Source: Haliotis cracherodii (Eukaryota). From it: DNA of 64,000 nt. Below, piece by piece: positions 41,064 through 55,036 of the stretch. Position numbers and translations under genes: made by a program. Position 1 is the stretch's first letter, and every line of letters begins with the position of its first letter. The notes under the pieces were generated by a model. It saw nothing but the letters and a program-made list of their open reading frames with translations, made no database searches and was not told the origin of the DNA. The stretch covers positions 40,114,001-40,178,000 of the forward strand of contig NW_027266341.1 in NCBI RefSeq assembly GCF_022045235.1, given 5' to 3'.

Positions 41064-42504
41064 CACTTTAAAAAAACAAACGCACAGGTAGATTTTTAGT
41101 AAATTTATTGCACCTTTAAAAGTCGATATATTTAAGTTAATATCATAGATAGAAATTTGGCAGCACAATAGTCACATGTTCTTGTTGTACAAAGGCATAG
41201 AACACTGTTCATTGTTATGACACACAAGACCACATGATAGCGCTGAACTCAGTATCTCGTGTGACCGCCCCGGGCAGCAATCCTGTCTCTGCATCTCCTC
41301 GGCACTAAGTATACGAATTCTGTCACGCCATTCTCCTTGTAATGCTTTGGCCAGTTGTGGGAGTGTCTACGGTGTGTTCTGACGACGTGCACATCGATCG
41401 AGTTCATCAAAGAGGTGTTTGATTGGATTGAGATCTGGAGATCTTGATGGCCAGGGCAGGAAGTTGATGTTGGCATTATGAAGGTAGTCTACCTTGACAC
41501 AAACTGGCGGTCAGTGATTGAAAGTAGGTGAGAATGAAGAATTTGATTCATGTAGCGATTTGCTGTCAAATTGCCCTGAACCACAACCAAGTCAGATCTC
41601 GTGGTGTAGGATATAACCCCCACACCATGACACTACCGCCCCCGAAATTGTCGAATTCACATACACAATGTGGGGCAAAACGCTCATTTTGACGACGATA
41701 AACACGTTAGTGAAGAAGAAAATGTGATTCAAAGCTAAACCACACTCTAACCAGTTTCTCAAATTCCAACTTGAAGGCTGAAAGGTATGGCACCAACGCA
41801 AGTGTCGCTGTCGATGGATCTGTTGCAAAATAGGGACGATAACTGGTCTTCTAGGTCAGATTCTGGCGAAGATGGTTCCTGAAAGTCTGGACCGATATCC
41901 TCCTCAAACCAGGGATGCGTCCTGCAGTTTCCGCAGCTGTGGCATTGCGATGACATAGGTGGAACAGTCAAATGTAGCTATCCTGTGCAGTGGTGGTAAC
42001 TCTTGGTCGGCCGGTTCTCGGATGGTCTGCAGTGGAATTGATCTGTGTGTATCGGTCTCAAAGACGGCAAATGGTGCTGTGGTGGACGTTGAAGTGGCGT
42101 GCAACAGAAGACTGTGATACCCCTCTTTGAACAGCCCAATGGCGATGTTCTGATCGGCAGCGCTGAGTCTCGGCATTTTCGAATTTGAAAAATGTTGACA
42201 GTTGAATGACAAATTATTGGCGTATGGTTACCTTTTTATAGCCACTACCACGAGTAATGAATACCATAACATGCACGTGCATTTGCTTTACTGTTTTCCT
42301 CCATGACATTTTTGAACAAGTGTGAAAACAATGCTGTTTAATACATTGCAAATCGGCAATAGCTGCATTTCGACTCACCGTTTGTCGAATATCAGGCCAA
42401 CAACATTTTCCAATTAACATATATCCAATTTATATACCAGATTTTTTGTGTAGTCAGGTTCAATGAACACCATACTATCTGTGCGTTTCTTTTTTGGAAG
42501 AGGG
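41064..42504 (-). mobile_element. Tc1 element with decayed transposase, inserted in a SINE
   Basis: TA-flanked TIRs (aaacgcacag / ctgtgcgttt); MPRLSAADQNIAIG...GGHTRY; the host SINE runs 41030-41063 and 42505-42655. Confidence 0.9.
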
Positions 42505-43168
42505 TATGTTCCTAGGTTTGTCAGCACCATACCTGTGTTTGTCGGTGTCACCAAAGTGGTAATCGTCTGAAACCTGCATCACTTAGGGCTTTCCTCCCAC
42601 ATCAAGCTGACACGCCATGATATAACTGGAATATTGTTAAGAGCGGCGTTGACCCAAAAGAATTCACATACTGAAGGTTTGTTTGTTTGTTGTTTAATGC
42701 TGCACTCAGCAATATTCCAGCTACACTCATTTAAGGTCATGGGGGACATTTGACCAATGGATTTAATTGATGTTCAGTCTGCAGATAATGGATGGTGGGG
42801 GTGACCTTTACCTTATTTATGAAGGCACTGGACATTCATTCTCAGCTAAATGGTAAATTACACAATTGTGCGTTAAACTTGGTTAATATCCTAGCTGAAA
42901 ATATATTTTCTGTTACAAATCTTATAATGCAAGCTGAACGGATAAATGAATACACACGTTGATGTACTTCGTTCAGTTTGTATCTTCACCAGTCTATATT
43001 GTAGCTTATAAATTCGTTCTCAGCCTTGTCTCCGTGCTCAGTGTGTGACTTTTCGACTGAATAATTAAATATTAAGCACATGATATAACACGTTACTTTT
43101 TCTTTTCATGCATAATGATCATACATCATCATTACCAGCAGTTTTCAAGCAATGGTTCTGATAAAATA

Positions 43169-44544
43169 TACTGAACAACAAAAGTTCCTGTGATATTGAA
43201 TAAGATTTAATGCAAATTTGTGTTTTTTACCAAATCTGAAACAATTTCGGCTTGCAACAGATAAAAGACTCCTGTAAGTGTTCAAATGGTTTAACTTGCC
43301 ATACTGACCTCAGAAAATGCGTGATTTCATATAAAAAAAACCACGAACATGCCAAAATGTCAATTTACATATCAATAGCGTGTGTGTCCACCTCTGGTTG
43401 CGAGGCAAGCAACACATCTTCGTCTCATGGAATGGACCAGGCGTCGCACAAAGTCCTGTGGGATATCTGTCCTCATCTGCTGGAGCATGTTTCGAAGTTC
43501 CTGGAGTGTCTGTGGAACACGTGGTTGACGTCGAAGGCGCCGATCCATCTCATCCCACATGTGCTCGATTGGTGAGAGATCAGGGGATCATGACGACGCA
43601 AAAAACGGTAGAACAACAGGGCCGATGACCTCGTCGCGGTAGTGCTGTCCATTGAGATTTCCCTCTATCACTATCAAACGGGCCCTCTCCCACCACATAC
43701 CATAATGCTGCCGCCCCCGAACCGGTCTTCTTTCATGACACAATGATTGACGTAACGTTCACCTTGACGTCGGTACACTCAAATCCGTCCACCGATGTGG
43801 CTGAGGTGAAAACGAGACTCGTCAGTGAATAGAACTTGTCCCCCCTGCATGACCGTCCAGCGTAGACGCTGTCTGGACCACTGTAGACGTGCTTGGCGGT
43901 GATTTCCTGTCAAAATGGGACGCCTGGCGGGTCTTCTGGCGACAAGCCCTGCACATCTGAGGCGACGACGTACAGTTTGTGAAGATATTCGTCGAAGGCC
44001 AGGGATGCTTCTTGCAGTCACTGTTGCTGGCTGGAATCGATTTCGTAGGTGTGTTGTTCGAATCCAGTTGTCTTGTCGATTATTGGTTACGCGTGGCCTG
44101 CCACTCCGAGGATGGTCTCTGACTGCATTCGTCTGTTACCAACGTTGCCATAAACACCAAATGGTGTTTCTGTGGACGTTAAATTTTCTTGCAACATCAC
44201 GTTGTCTCGATCCTGCTTCAAGCATACCAATAACTCGCAGACGCTCATTTTCGGACAGGCGGGGCATTTTGTAATGTCGAATAATTGCGTAATTTTGTTG
44301 TTTTTCTGAGTGGTTGTTGTCAGCACGATGCTAGACAATGCATATGGAATCCCGTTAACGCACATGTTTTTATTACCCATTCTTGGGTAGTGAAACGCAT
44401 GGGGCTTGCATATAAGTAAACTTTTGCGTGGAATGCATGATTTTCTGTAGCAGTTGCGTTTTTGTGACTTGATTCCATACATGTACTACAATATTGAAAA
44501 CCAAACTTTAAAATTGGTGTCACAGGAACTTTTGTTGTTGAGTA
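43169..44544 (-). mobile_element. Tc1 element with decayed transposase (nested)
   Basis: TIR tactgaacaacaaaagttcctgtga / tcacaggaacttttgttgttgagta; MPRLSENERL, FTDESRF, GGHTRY; second-Asp region deleted. Confidence 0.92.
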
Positions 44545-45975
44545 TTATTCTATTGTCCCCGATTTTACCAACAGATACGTTGGTCACTTTTGTGTGAAGA
44601 AGTCACACACCAACTAAATAAACATTATAACACAATGTGTCAGATATGATTTGTTCAAGTGTAGTCTTAACACATTTTATCATCACAACATGAATCACAA
44701 AATCACAAAATCACAAAATTATACCAGCTGGGTACGATACTTTTCATCAGATACGTTAGCATGATTCATTGCCGCACACGCCTGATAAACTACAATACAT
44801 CATGTTGTGTTTGTTACTTTCATAAAACAACGTGTCGCCTATAGGAAATGTCCATCCCGAACCTTGACATGAGTGTCGCAGCTAACAAAAAGCAAAGCAA
44901 AGTGAATGTGAATTGTTGGAGGGAAAGTACTTAAGAAGTACAGATGTGTGTCGGGTTTGAACAAGGCTACAGGCTTGTCAGGAAGAAGTTTATCTCGGAC
45001 CACCTCTAATGTAATAGAGATTCGAGGAAGAGCCCGTCTCACTCTCGTAAGAGAGCAGATTAAGAGACTAGTTGTGTCATTCATGGAGAGAGATGATATC
45101 AGCGTATGTATGCCAGGCAAAGCAGATTCCAAGAGCCTAAATGGTGTCAAACATCAAACAAGAATAATGAATGATTATCTGTCTGAGGTGTATGCTAAGT
45201 TCAAGATTGAAAACCAGAATATGAAACTGTCATTTGCATCATTCTGTAGGCTACGGCCCAGATACCAACAGACATCAGAATATGGCCGTGAAACTCAAAT
45301 GTATGAGAAGTGTTGGATTACAAGTTCCGAAAACACCGGATATGGCGTATGACAGTGTATCCGTGGACGCAATGGATCAGATGCTGGAAACCATTCATGA
45401 ATGACGTAGAATATGATGAGTGGAAGCGTGTGGATGTTGAGGGAAAAAAGAAAATGAAGGTGGTGAAGACAACAAAGAATGTCACTGACTTCAAGAATTA
45501 TATGCTACTTGAAAATGCTGAGTTCTGTGACCATGAGTCGAAGGATACACCCCAGATGGCCATATCATCATACAAATGGGCTTTGCTGAGAACTATACAT
45601 GTTCCAGGATGGATGAAATCCCAAAGTGCATACTGGAACCCAACAAATGTCATGCTTCACACTGTAGTGGTAAACAACAAGTCGGACAAACTGGAACCCA
45701 ACAAATGTCACGCTTCACCTGTAGTGGTAAACTACAAGTCGGACAAACTGGAACCCAACAAATGTCATGCTTCACCCTGTAGTGGTAAACTACAAGTCGG
45801 ACAAACTGGAACCCAACAAATGTCACGCTTCACCCTGTAGTGGTATACTACAAGTCGGACAAACTGGAACACAAAAACTTTATCTATGTGTCTGAGGTCA
45901 ATCAGCACAACTCGACTGAGGTACTCACAATCCTCAAACTGATGTTACCTGAACTGAAAACCACTTTCCCTTATG

Positions 45976-46185
45976 GGGGCACGTCCCTTGCGCCCTCTTG
46001 CGTCCCTTTGGCACGCAAGAAACCTATGATTGTGGGTTCAAATCCCGGTTCGCCCTAATTATGTGTCTAGGTTTGTCAGCACCATACCCGTGCTCGTGGG
46101 TTTCACCGCAGTGGTAAACGTCTAAGACCTGCATCACTTCGGGCTTTTCTCCCACATTAAGCTGACACACACTCACTCACTCACT
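45976..46185 (+). mobile_element. tRNA-derived SINE inserted in the transposase
   Basis: B box ggttcaaatccc, (ACTC)n tail, 14-bp TSD cacttt(cc/ct)cttatg at 45962 and 46186. Confidence 0.88.
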
Positions 46186-46469
46186 CACTTTCTCTTATGC
46201 AACTCATGTTCACTTTTGCACTGATATCCCGTCATCACAGTACCGAAATCGGTACATGTTTGATGTCATTCTGAAGCATAAGGAGGTGTTTGGGCTTGAG
46301 GCACGTTGGAACTATTTTGAGTGTGGCCACGGGAAAGGTTCCTGTGATGGACTAGGAGGTGCATGTAAATGCCAGGCACCCGACGCAGTAAAACAAGGAA
46401 AAGCAACAATTCAAGATGCCCATGATTTTTATGAGTGGGCGAAACACAATAAAAAATCAATCCGATATA

Positions 46470-47994
46470 TACTAGCCACATAAAGAAACTGTGCACGGAG
46501 AAAATATATTCTGGATTGAAATACAACACAGCAAGAACCAAATGATGCAGACGCTGTAGCAGCTGAATGATCGGACCATAAGAAAATGTCAACGGGACCT
46601 GAACAACATCTGTTACGATGACGTCAGAAGATCAAAATGGAGTAGGGGGTCAAACGACAAAGTCACAAAGTCAATAACGGGTATGACCACCCTGTGCGTG
46701 AATCACATCAATGCATCGGCGACGCATGGAGTCCGCCAAATGGGCATGGAAGGCCTGGAGAATGGCCTGCCATATCTTCCTCAAATCCTTTGCCAAGTCA
46801 CGGACGTTATCTGGAGGTTGTGGAAGACGACGCAGACGGCGCTCCATTTCATCCCACACATGCTCTATTGGGGAGAGATCTGGAGAAATTGCAGGCCATG
46901 GCAGTAACATGACATTGTTATGGTGAAGGAAATCCATTGCGACCCTTGCCGTGTGAGGACGAGCGTTGCCCTGTTGAAATGTCAATCCCGGGCCATGGCG
47001 TTGCAGGAAAGGAATGACCACAGGCCTCAGAATCTGATCCCTGTAGCCAACACCGGTGAGATTGCCCTGAACAACCACCAAAGGGGTTCGGTGCCGTGCT
47101 GTTATCCCACCCCAAATCATCACAGAGCCACCTCCAAAACGATTCCTCTCCACAATACAGTTGCGTGCATAACCTTCTCCCAAACGCCGGTAGACACGTT
47201 GGCGCCCGTCACTGTGGGAAATGTTGAACCTCGATTCATCTGTAAAGACAACATTTCTCCACCATATTCGATGTTGGCGAACATGATTTCGACACCATCT
47301 TAGACGGTTGACTCGATGACGGTGTGTCAGGATGGAACGTATGGCAGGGCGTCGTGGTCGATCGAATCCCGTACTGACGTAAACGATTCCTGACAGTGTT
47401 GGGATGGATACGGCGCAGTCCAGGAATTGTCTGGGACGTCGTTACTGCCGTTTGGAACCTGTGTCGGAGATGTGTAACTCGAATCCATCAGTCCTGTCTT
47501 GGCGTCGTTACTCGGGGACGTTCTGAACGTGTCTGGTCGGCAACGTCATTTGTGTTCTGATAACGCCTCACCAATGCCGATATCGTGTAACGATGGCATT
47601 GGAAATGTGTTGCCACCTGTTGTTGCCTCATTCCCGCTCGGATCATTCCAATGGCTTCATGACGCTGTGCAGCTGTCAATCTTGGCATGATTTGCTTGTG
47701 ATATGCTTGTGTCTGTGCCTGAGAAGTTTTGAATTTTTGAATGACCACAGATCATGCTTTCCAAAGTGACAGCGAATTTTGAGTTGCACATGCTGTGTAC
47801 AGCTGCACAGGATGCACGTGCAGTAACACATTGCACGTCCATAGGCCCCCATCAATGACGTCATATCGCATGGCACGTGCATGAGCGTTTGAATGTCTCC
47901 AATAATTGCTGTGTTCAAACCTATCTTTCATATATGGACGGTGTGCCCTTATATCTATATTTTCTCCGTGCACAGTTTCTTTATGTGGCTAGTA
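46470..47994 (-). mobile_element. Tc1 element with perfect TIRs (nested); transposase 47688-46671 disrupted
   Basis: Identical ~39-bp TIRs tactagccacataaagaaactgtgcacggagaaaatata, TA TSD; MPRLTAAQRHEAIG, stop after PRQD, QQGNARPH (D>G), SPDLSPIEHVW. Confidence 0.95.
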
Positions 47995-49774
47995 TAGATT
48001 CTACTCAACTGCTGAAGTAGAGAAGGCTGCGTAGGACATATCTACTCTAACGCAAAGGTTGTACATGGTACAATGAAGTTGCACGCAGTCATGCAGCAGA
48101 ATGGGGTTCTTTTTTCAGGATCTGTATCATGCTACAGTACAGGTTGTCTGAGCGGCAATGACTTATGTGCTGGTTGGCGGCGTCAACCTGTTGACCAAAC
48201 CATATCCCAGGAAAGGCATGTACTGCAGCCCACACAGGCTTCTGTATTCCCTGTACCTGCTGCAACTGCTGTGCCTGCTGCACCACATGTACCTGCTGCA
48301 CCTGCTGTGCCTGCTGCACCTGCTGTGCCTGCTGCACCACATGTACCTGCTGCACCACACGTACCTGCTGTCCCAGTTGTTAGCAGATTTCTGGCTGCCA
48401 TACATGATGATAACTGGTTCATTGGGAATGTTCTTGAAGTTGACATAGATGACGGCGATACCAAAATAACTTTCATAGAGAAAACACAAGACACAGGCAA
48501 GACTTGTACGTACAAGTGGCCATCTCGTCCTGATGAAATTTGTATAGAATTTGATGATGTGATCTGCTTTATTGATGAACCGGTCGCTATTGGCAAAACA
48601 AAGCGCCGGTACAACGTAGTTGCACATGACGTCGCCCGTATTGAGAAGGCATTCAAATGAACATTCACTTTTTTACAAATTTCCAAGATTTCAACCACAA
48701 TGCCTCAAAAAGCATCAGATACGTTATGTTAGAGTTTGTGCTTAATGTCATATGGAGAAAATATGAACCTCATCTTTCATATAAATGTTTAAACTTCAGA
48801 CGTTTTTGAGCCAAAGATCGGGCACTTTTGTTGTTGATTCAGGTTGCCATCAGATACGTCAGGTTTTGCAGTTGGAGATTATTGCTGTGTTCTCTGTAGA
48901 CCAATTCTTGAAGGCCAGGGAATTGGTGAGTAGTTTGTTCGATATTTGTACAAATGTTTGTTATCAAGTTATTTTTGAAAAATGAACAACCTTTCATAGC
49001 CAATAAGTGTCTGTTATTATTTGCTAATATCTGTAGAAAATGTGTTTCTTGAACAGGTGTCCACGACACTGTCCTATTTTGAGACAAATGATCCTTAGGC
49101 AATGACTTTGTTTGAAAATAATATAATATGTAGTCCTATTCAAATGACAATACACCTTTTTGCAAGTTAATAAATACTGTGCTATATATTTTGATTGCAA
49201 TGATAACATGCAGTCTAACGTATCTGACTATAGGACATTTGACATGATATGTTATTTCCGTTTTCATTAACAACAACTCTGATGTAATTGGGTCCCAATG
49301 ATTGATTCTGAAAGTCTGAATACTGTTTTTTACTGAAAATAAGCTAAGTTTTTCAATATCAAGAAATATATTTATCAACATTTGATATGTGAAATATACC
49401 ATTTAGCTGAGAATCAGTGTGGAAGTATTTCCTTACAGTTATCACGGTTAGAGCAATATCTCAAGACATACTCAACAGATTATATTCATATTAACTGAAA
49501 AAGTTATTTAGGAGATTCTGCAGACACCACTTGATTAAGCAGTTGATTAATATGGCCTTTGTATTTGATTCACTGATAAATTCCACATCTGGGTTTCCCA
49601 GATGGTCCATATTACTCAAAGCAGCGTAAAACCACTCACTCACTCATCTTGGCAACATTAGCAAGTCTTAATTGTGAGCAAGTATGCTTCTCCTAATATG
49701 TCCCATTAGCATTTATGCAAACGTGGCCATAGTTGCTCTTTTGTTGATACAAACTATGACCAAACAGACATATA

Positions 49775-50935
49775 TTATAACCCAACCGACACATACAATA
49801 ACTCAAAAGGAACATACTATAACCCAACAATCACATACTATAACCCTAAAGTCACATACTATAACCCAACAGTCACACACTATAACCCAAAAGGCACATA
49901 CTATAACCCAACAGTCACACACTATAACCCAACTGACACATACAATAACTCAAAAGGAACATACTATAACCCAACAATCACACACTATAACCCAACAGGC
50001 ACATACTGTAACCCAACAGGCACATACTGTAACCCAACAGGAACTTACTATAACCCAACAGGCACATACAGTAACCCAACAGTCACATACTATAACCCAA
50101 CAGGCACATACTGTAACCCAACAGTCACATACTATAACCCAACAGTCACACACTATAACCCAACAGTCACACTCTATAACCCAACAGTCACACACTATAA
50201 CCCAACAGACTCATACTATAACCCAACAGACACATACTGTAACCCAACAGACACATACTGTAACCCAACAGTCACACACTATAACCCAACAGTCATACTC
50301 TATAACCCAACAGACACATACTGTAACCCAACAGACACACACTGTAACCCAACAGTCACACACTATAACCCAACAGTCACATACTATAACCCAGCAGACA
50401 CATACTGTAACCCAACCGACACATACTGTAACCCAACAGACACATACCGGTACTGTAACCCAACAGAAACATACTGTAACCCAACAGACACATACTGTAA
50501 CACAACAGACACATACTATAACCCAACAGACACATACTATAACCCAACAGACACATACCGGTACTGTAACCCAACAGACTCATACTATAACCCAACAGAC
50601 ACATACTGTAACCCAACAGACACATACTGTAACACAACAGTCACACACTATAATCCAACAGACACTACAACCCAACAGTCACACACTATAACCCAACAGA
50701 CACACACTGTAACCCAACAGTCACACACTATAACCCAACAGTCACATACTATAACCCAACAGACACATACTGTAACCCAACCGACACACACTGTAACCCA
50801 ACAGACACATACTGTAACCCAACAGACACATACTGTAACCCAACAGACACATACTGTAACCCAACAGACACATACCGTAACCCAAAAGACACACACTATA
50901 ACCCAACAGACATTATACCCCAATAAACACACACC
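49775..50935. repeat. 21-bp minisatellite (ataacccaacagacacatact)
   Basis: About 55 tandem units; a few units also occur at 36975-37165. Confidence 0.96.
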
Positions 50936-53900
50936 ATAGTAACTAGATAACAACAATTGATGACATGTTTATAAACTTTTAATAACAGTTGTAAATTGAC
51001 GGATGGATATTACAGGAATACTGAAAAACTGATTTAAGTAAATGCATATAAAACAAAATGAGTAACAATGACTGGAAGCACCATGTCTTTCTCCAACCAA
51101 CAAAATGTATTTGGAAGTCAGTGTTGAACAATGCACAACATGTAAAATAATGCACTCATGAGTACTGTACAGGTTGACACTGGTTAGAGGTGTTGATATC
51201 ACAGTAGTGCACAAACTATAAAGTTGTAACAAAAGTTCCTAAAATCATTTATATATGTGAACATCTGTCATCACCAAACCTGCCTCATATCAACAAGTTG
51301 AGGTCATTGTTGTACAGGAAACAGTGTTCGTTGGTAAGATCAGCTAACCTGGAGTCCACCACCTTCAGTATGACCAGTGCTGGTTTCAACACTGGACTGT
51401 GGAAAATGGCGTTATTTCTCCCTGAATGCTTGAGGTGCAGTGATGACACGGTCATGTGACATATTTGATAAATAAGGTCAGGTGATCATGACGAGAGACA
51501 GAGCTGTCTGAATTTGTGGGTTCATATTCTTGAAACATGTACAGTTCTCACTGACACGTATCTACCACATTTGTTTCAGCTACAGTTACTTGGTGCATGA
51601 ATCACAGGATTGTCCTTGATAATATTAGCGGTGTTTTTTCCCATTTAATCTCCATGCTGGTTACAGGTACAAACCTATGATACAACATATGGTGTCTCCA
51701 CCCCATCTCTCATGTACAACACTCATCTTGCTAGCCTGTCTTGGTTACCATGCATGAAGACTGTTGGTACTTGCTGTGTGTCACTGTGGTTGGTTGTCTT
51801 TGATTCATGTACTAACCAACCATTCTAGTCTGTCTATCCAAATCTTTGTTACCATGCATCACCCAACTTGAAGATTATTGGCACAAGTAGAACACTTGTC
51901 AAGTCTGTGTATCCATATGAGAAAAGATGAACTGTTCATCAAATTATTCACTATGTGTTATCATAATAACTTGGTGTTCATTGTATGTAATCTGACATCT
52001 TAGTTCCTTGAAAAGCCACACTGGACAATAACTTGCATGCACTGTATACATGCTGAGAGATTCATCTGGTAATAACCATTGCATAGACTTCACTAAAGGG
52101 AACTGCCATGAAATGTTAGTGGGTAAGAGTATTCACATGTACAGAAATACATAAAGCTGAGACATTCATCAACCACAGGGAATATATAAAATGAATCATA
52201 TTCCCGTTGATTGTTACTATCAACAAATGTATATATAAATAGAAGGATAAAACACCTACCTCCTTAAAAAGTTTTTCAGTTGTTTAACATGACCTGAGCA
52301 GTAGTGTACATCGGCACTCTGGAGGGATTTCCAAGATGGCGGCATGAGGATACCCCAGAAGGGTAAGTGCAACCATCTTGGACACAACGCCCTATCCAAG
52401 CACGATGATGTCATGTCCGGTCACATGACCGGATGTTTCAGCTTTTTGACAAGATCTTGAGGGAAGTGCCGAGATCTCACCGAAAGTGACAGAAAGTGAC
52501 CAAAAATGATGGGATCTCACTGGAAGTGAAGGAATCTCGTTTGACGAGACGAGATATCTTGGGACGGGACAGAAATGAGTTGGGGCGCATGCGTAGAGGA
52601 GAGAAATGAAGAGGAAGGAGGTGGGGCGGGGCAGGTGATGTGAGGGGCGAGCTTGGGCTGGGTGAGGAGGGGCGGAGAGAAGGAGTGGCATGCTGGATGA
52701 AAGATGAAGAACAACAAAACAGACAAAGAAGAATCAGGTAGTTTCGGGCCTGTGCTTCAACCATTCTTTTGAGACGATTGGGGGTGGCCCTGAAAAGGGC
52801 CGTTGGAATGGTGGGAGTCTACTCACGTGGACAGATAGCCTTTGGTCTGACCCATGTGGTGTTGTTGTTGTTGTTGTTGTTGTGGGTTGCAGAAGGCATT
52901 CAAGAGGTCTTCCATGGGTTCCAACAACTGCAAGATATGCTGAAGTTGATTGGATACCTTGGTTACCTTGGCACTCAACAGTGTCAGTAGGAGATTATCT
53001 GCACCCTAGGATTTAGCTACTTTCATGGGAGGCTGGTCTGGCTGGTGGACTGCAGTTGGACCCAGTGCCTTACCAGTTGGAGCAGACCAGCTGAAAAACA
53101 GCTATGAAGTTCCGAACAAGTACCCAATGTTACGAACAACAGTTTACCCGAGCCTGGTTAGAACGTCAACCACCCGATGACCTACCTGAGACCAGTTTGA
53201 TGCTGTGATGAATGACTTGAGAGACGATGTGGGAGACCACGAGGATGACCGATGACCATGTTGTTTTGGCTCTTGAACACCCAGCACTGGATTCAGAGAT
53301 CCGTTCTGGCATATGTTTGAGCTCCATGGTGAAGACATCATGGCTATGGTAGAAGAAAATCAGCAAAGTTACAATGACTAGCTGGTGGATGAAGAAATGA
53401 AGATCGATTTACTTCATGTAGAAGATCAAGACTGAATAGGAGAGGGGCATGGACAACCAAGACATATAGCAGGGTTGACTACCTTCCTAGAAAAGAAAAA
53501 AATGTACAGGCCATGCAACGTGGGATCAATTTAGTCAGCGCTTGCCTCCATACTATCAGCGGAAGGTATTGTCCCAAGATGTACTGAATCATGTATTGTA
53601 CTATCATGATCTCTATTATAATGTCATCATGACCATTCCCGTCTTTACAGGCTGTTTCCAGCACCATTCGACAGTCTATGACAAAAACATCCCAGCACCT
53701 GTTCCACCATTCACACCTGTCATCGATGCTGGGCCAAAGTTAACCTGAAAACAATCCACAGCATAGACAAACACATCTGTGGTATGGGTCAAGACTGCAA
53801 GAGTTTTAAAGAACCTGTGGGCCCTAACCACAAGTCATGTAAGTGATCACCGCAAGCACTGAGGCAATGAAGAAAAAGAACAAAAGCAGCTCAAGTTTTT

Positions 53901-54495
53901 TCTTCTATGACTTTGAGTGCCCCCAATACCAAGGTTCATGTTTCCAACTTGTGTGTGGTGCATCTGAGATGGAGAAAATGGCCTCTGACCAATTGTGTGA
54001 GGACCTTCTGAACAAAGAAGGTAGGGGCTACCTGTGTCAAAGAGTCTTTGAAGAATCTACTACCTTGAATGACATGGGGATTGGTTGATGAGTCGGGCAG
54101 AAAAGATGAAACTGAAGAAGAAATGTAAGACACTCCTGCAGTCAGGCACAGCACCCAAGCAACACTTAATCAGAAGAGGGCAAAGACATCTCACCTATGC
54201 TTCATGATGACATCTTGTTGATTTCTCACAACTACCATGGTTATGATGGACACCTGCTACTACAGTATTAGCTGAAGGGGCTGTCTTTGATCTGGATGAG
54301 GAATTGTTGGCCTACTGTCAGGGTGATGTGGACATTTATGGAACCCCTCAACGCATTCTACAGGGAGCTAATTGCATGCACACCAATATTTCTTAGGAAC
54401 TCGAAACACCACCAAAACGTCTTTCTGTGATACAGTCAATATTATCACATGATCAATTTCATGAATGTGTGGAGTTTTGACAACATGTTTTGGTA

Positions 54496-55036
54496 CATCT
54501 TCCCGAGGCAAGAGAGTTAACTGACTTTAAAAGTTGAGTTTCCACCCTTGCCGAACTAGGCTGGAATTACTGGGCTCGATCGTAGCGCCACCAGTGGCTA
54601 TTACCAGCTATGTCCCTTCTGAGGCTCTCCTATGAACCAATCAGAATCCACCTCTCGGATCACTTCGTTTGCTTCAAACAAAATGGTGGCGCCCAGTCAG
54701 GACGATCTGATCGATAATCAAGATCTATATTGTGATAAAACGGGTCTTACATTGCGAAATGCATCAAATCATGTGAGCACCTTGAGTAAAAACATGATAA
54801 AATTTGGAAAATATCTGCTGACGAGTTGGCGGTGCACATGCTTTGCGAAGCCTGCAATCGATCGAAATCTGCACGACAGTTTACGAACCGGATTTCGATT
54901 TCGGTGCGCGATTTTGATTGGACTATGCATAAACTCATTAGTCCAGCCAAAAGGTAACACCATAATACCAGCCTAGTTTGGCAAGGGTGGAAACTGGACT
55001 TTTATAGTCAGTTAACTCTCTTGCCTTGGGAAGATG
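54496..55036 (+). mobile_element. MITE with CATCTTCCC termini, copy 2
   Basis: TIRs with 9-bp TSD gttttggta (54487-95, 55037-45). Confidence 0.9.

Larger units (their letters stand above)
42841..49411 (+). mobile_element. 6.6-kb TIR DNA transposon with decayed DDE/D transposase (superfamily uncertain, possibly Sola-related)
   Basis: TIR ctcagctaaatggta / taccatttagctgag; repeated cagatacgt motifs; transposase pieces FMERDDIS..MPGKAD, FCRLRP, GFAENY, TDIPSSQYRN, GHGKGSCDGLGG and GTMKLH spread over 44950-48660. Confidence 0.8.

Noticed and set aside
49684-50691. 335-aa Thr/Gln/His ORF with a hydrophobic N-terminus (mucin-like)
   Set aside because: A stop-free 21-bp unit explains the ORF, and the array continues out of frame past the stop. 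Expression cannot be excluded without RNA data.
52392-52764. Similar ORFs at both Polinton ends
   Set aside because: A by-product of the terminal inverted repeats.
54632-54976. Duplicated small gene (similar ORF at 5450-5725)
   Set aside because: Both ORFs lie inside copies of one MITE and their frames diverge.
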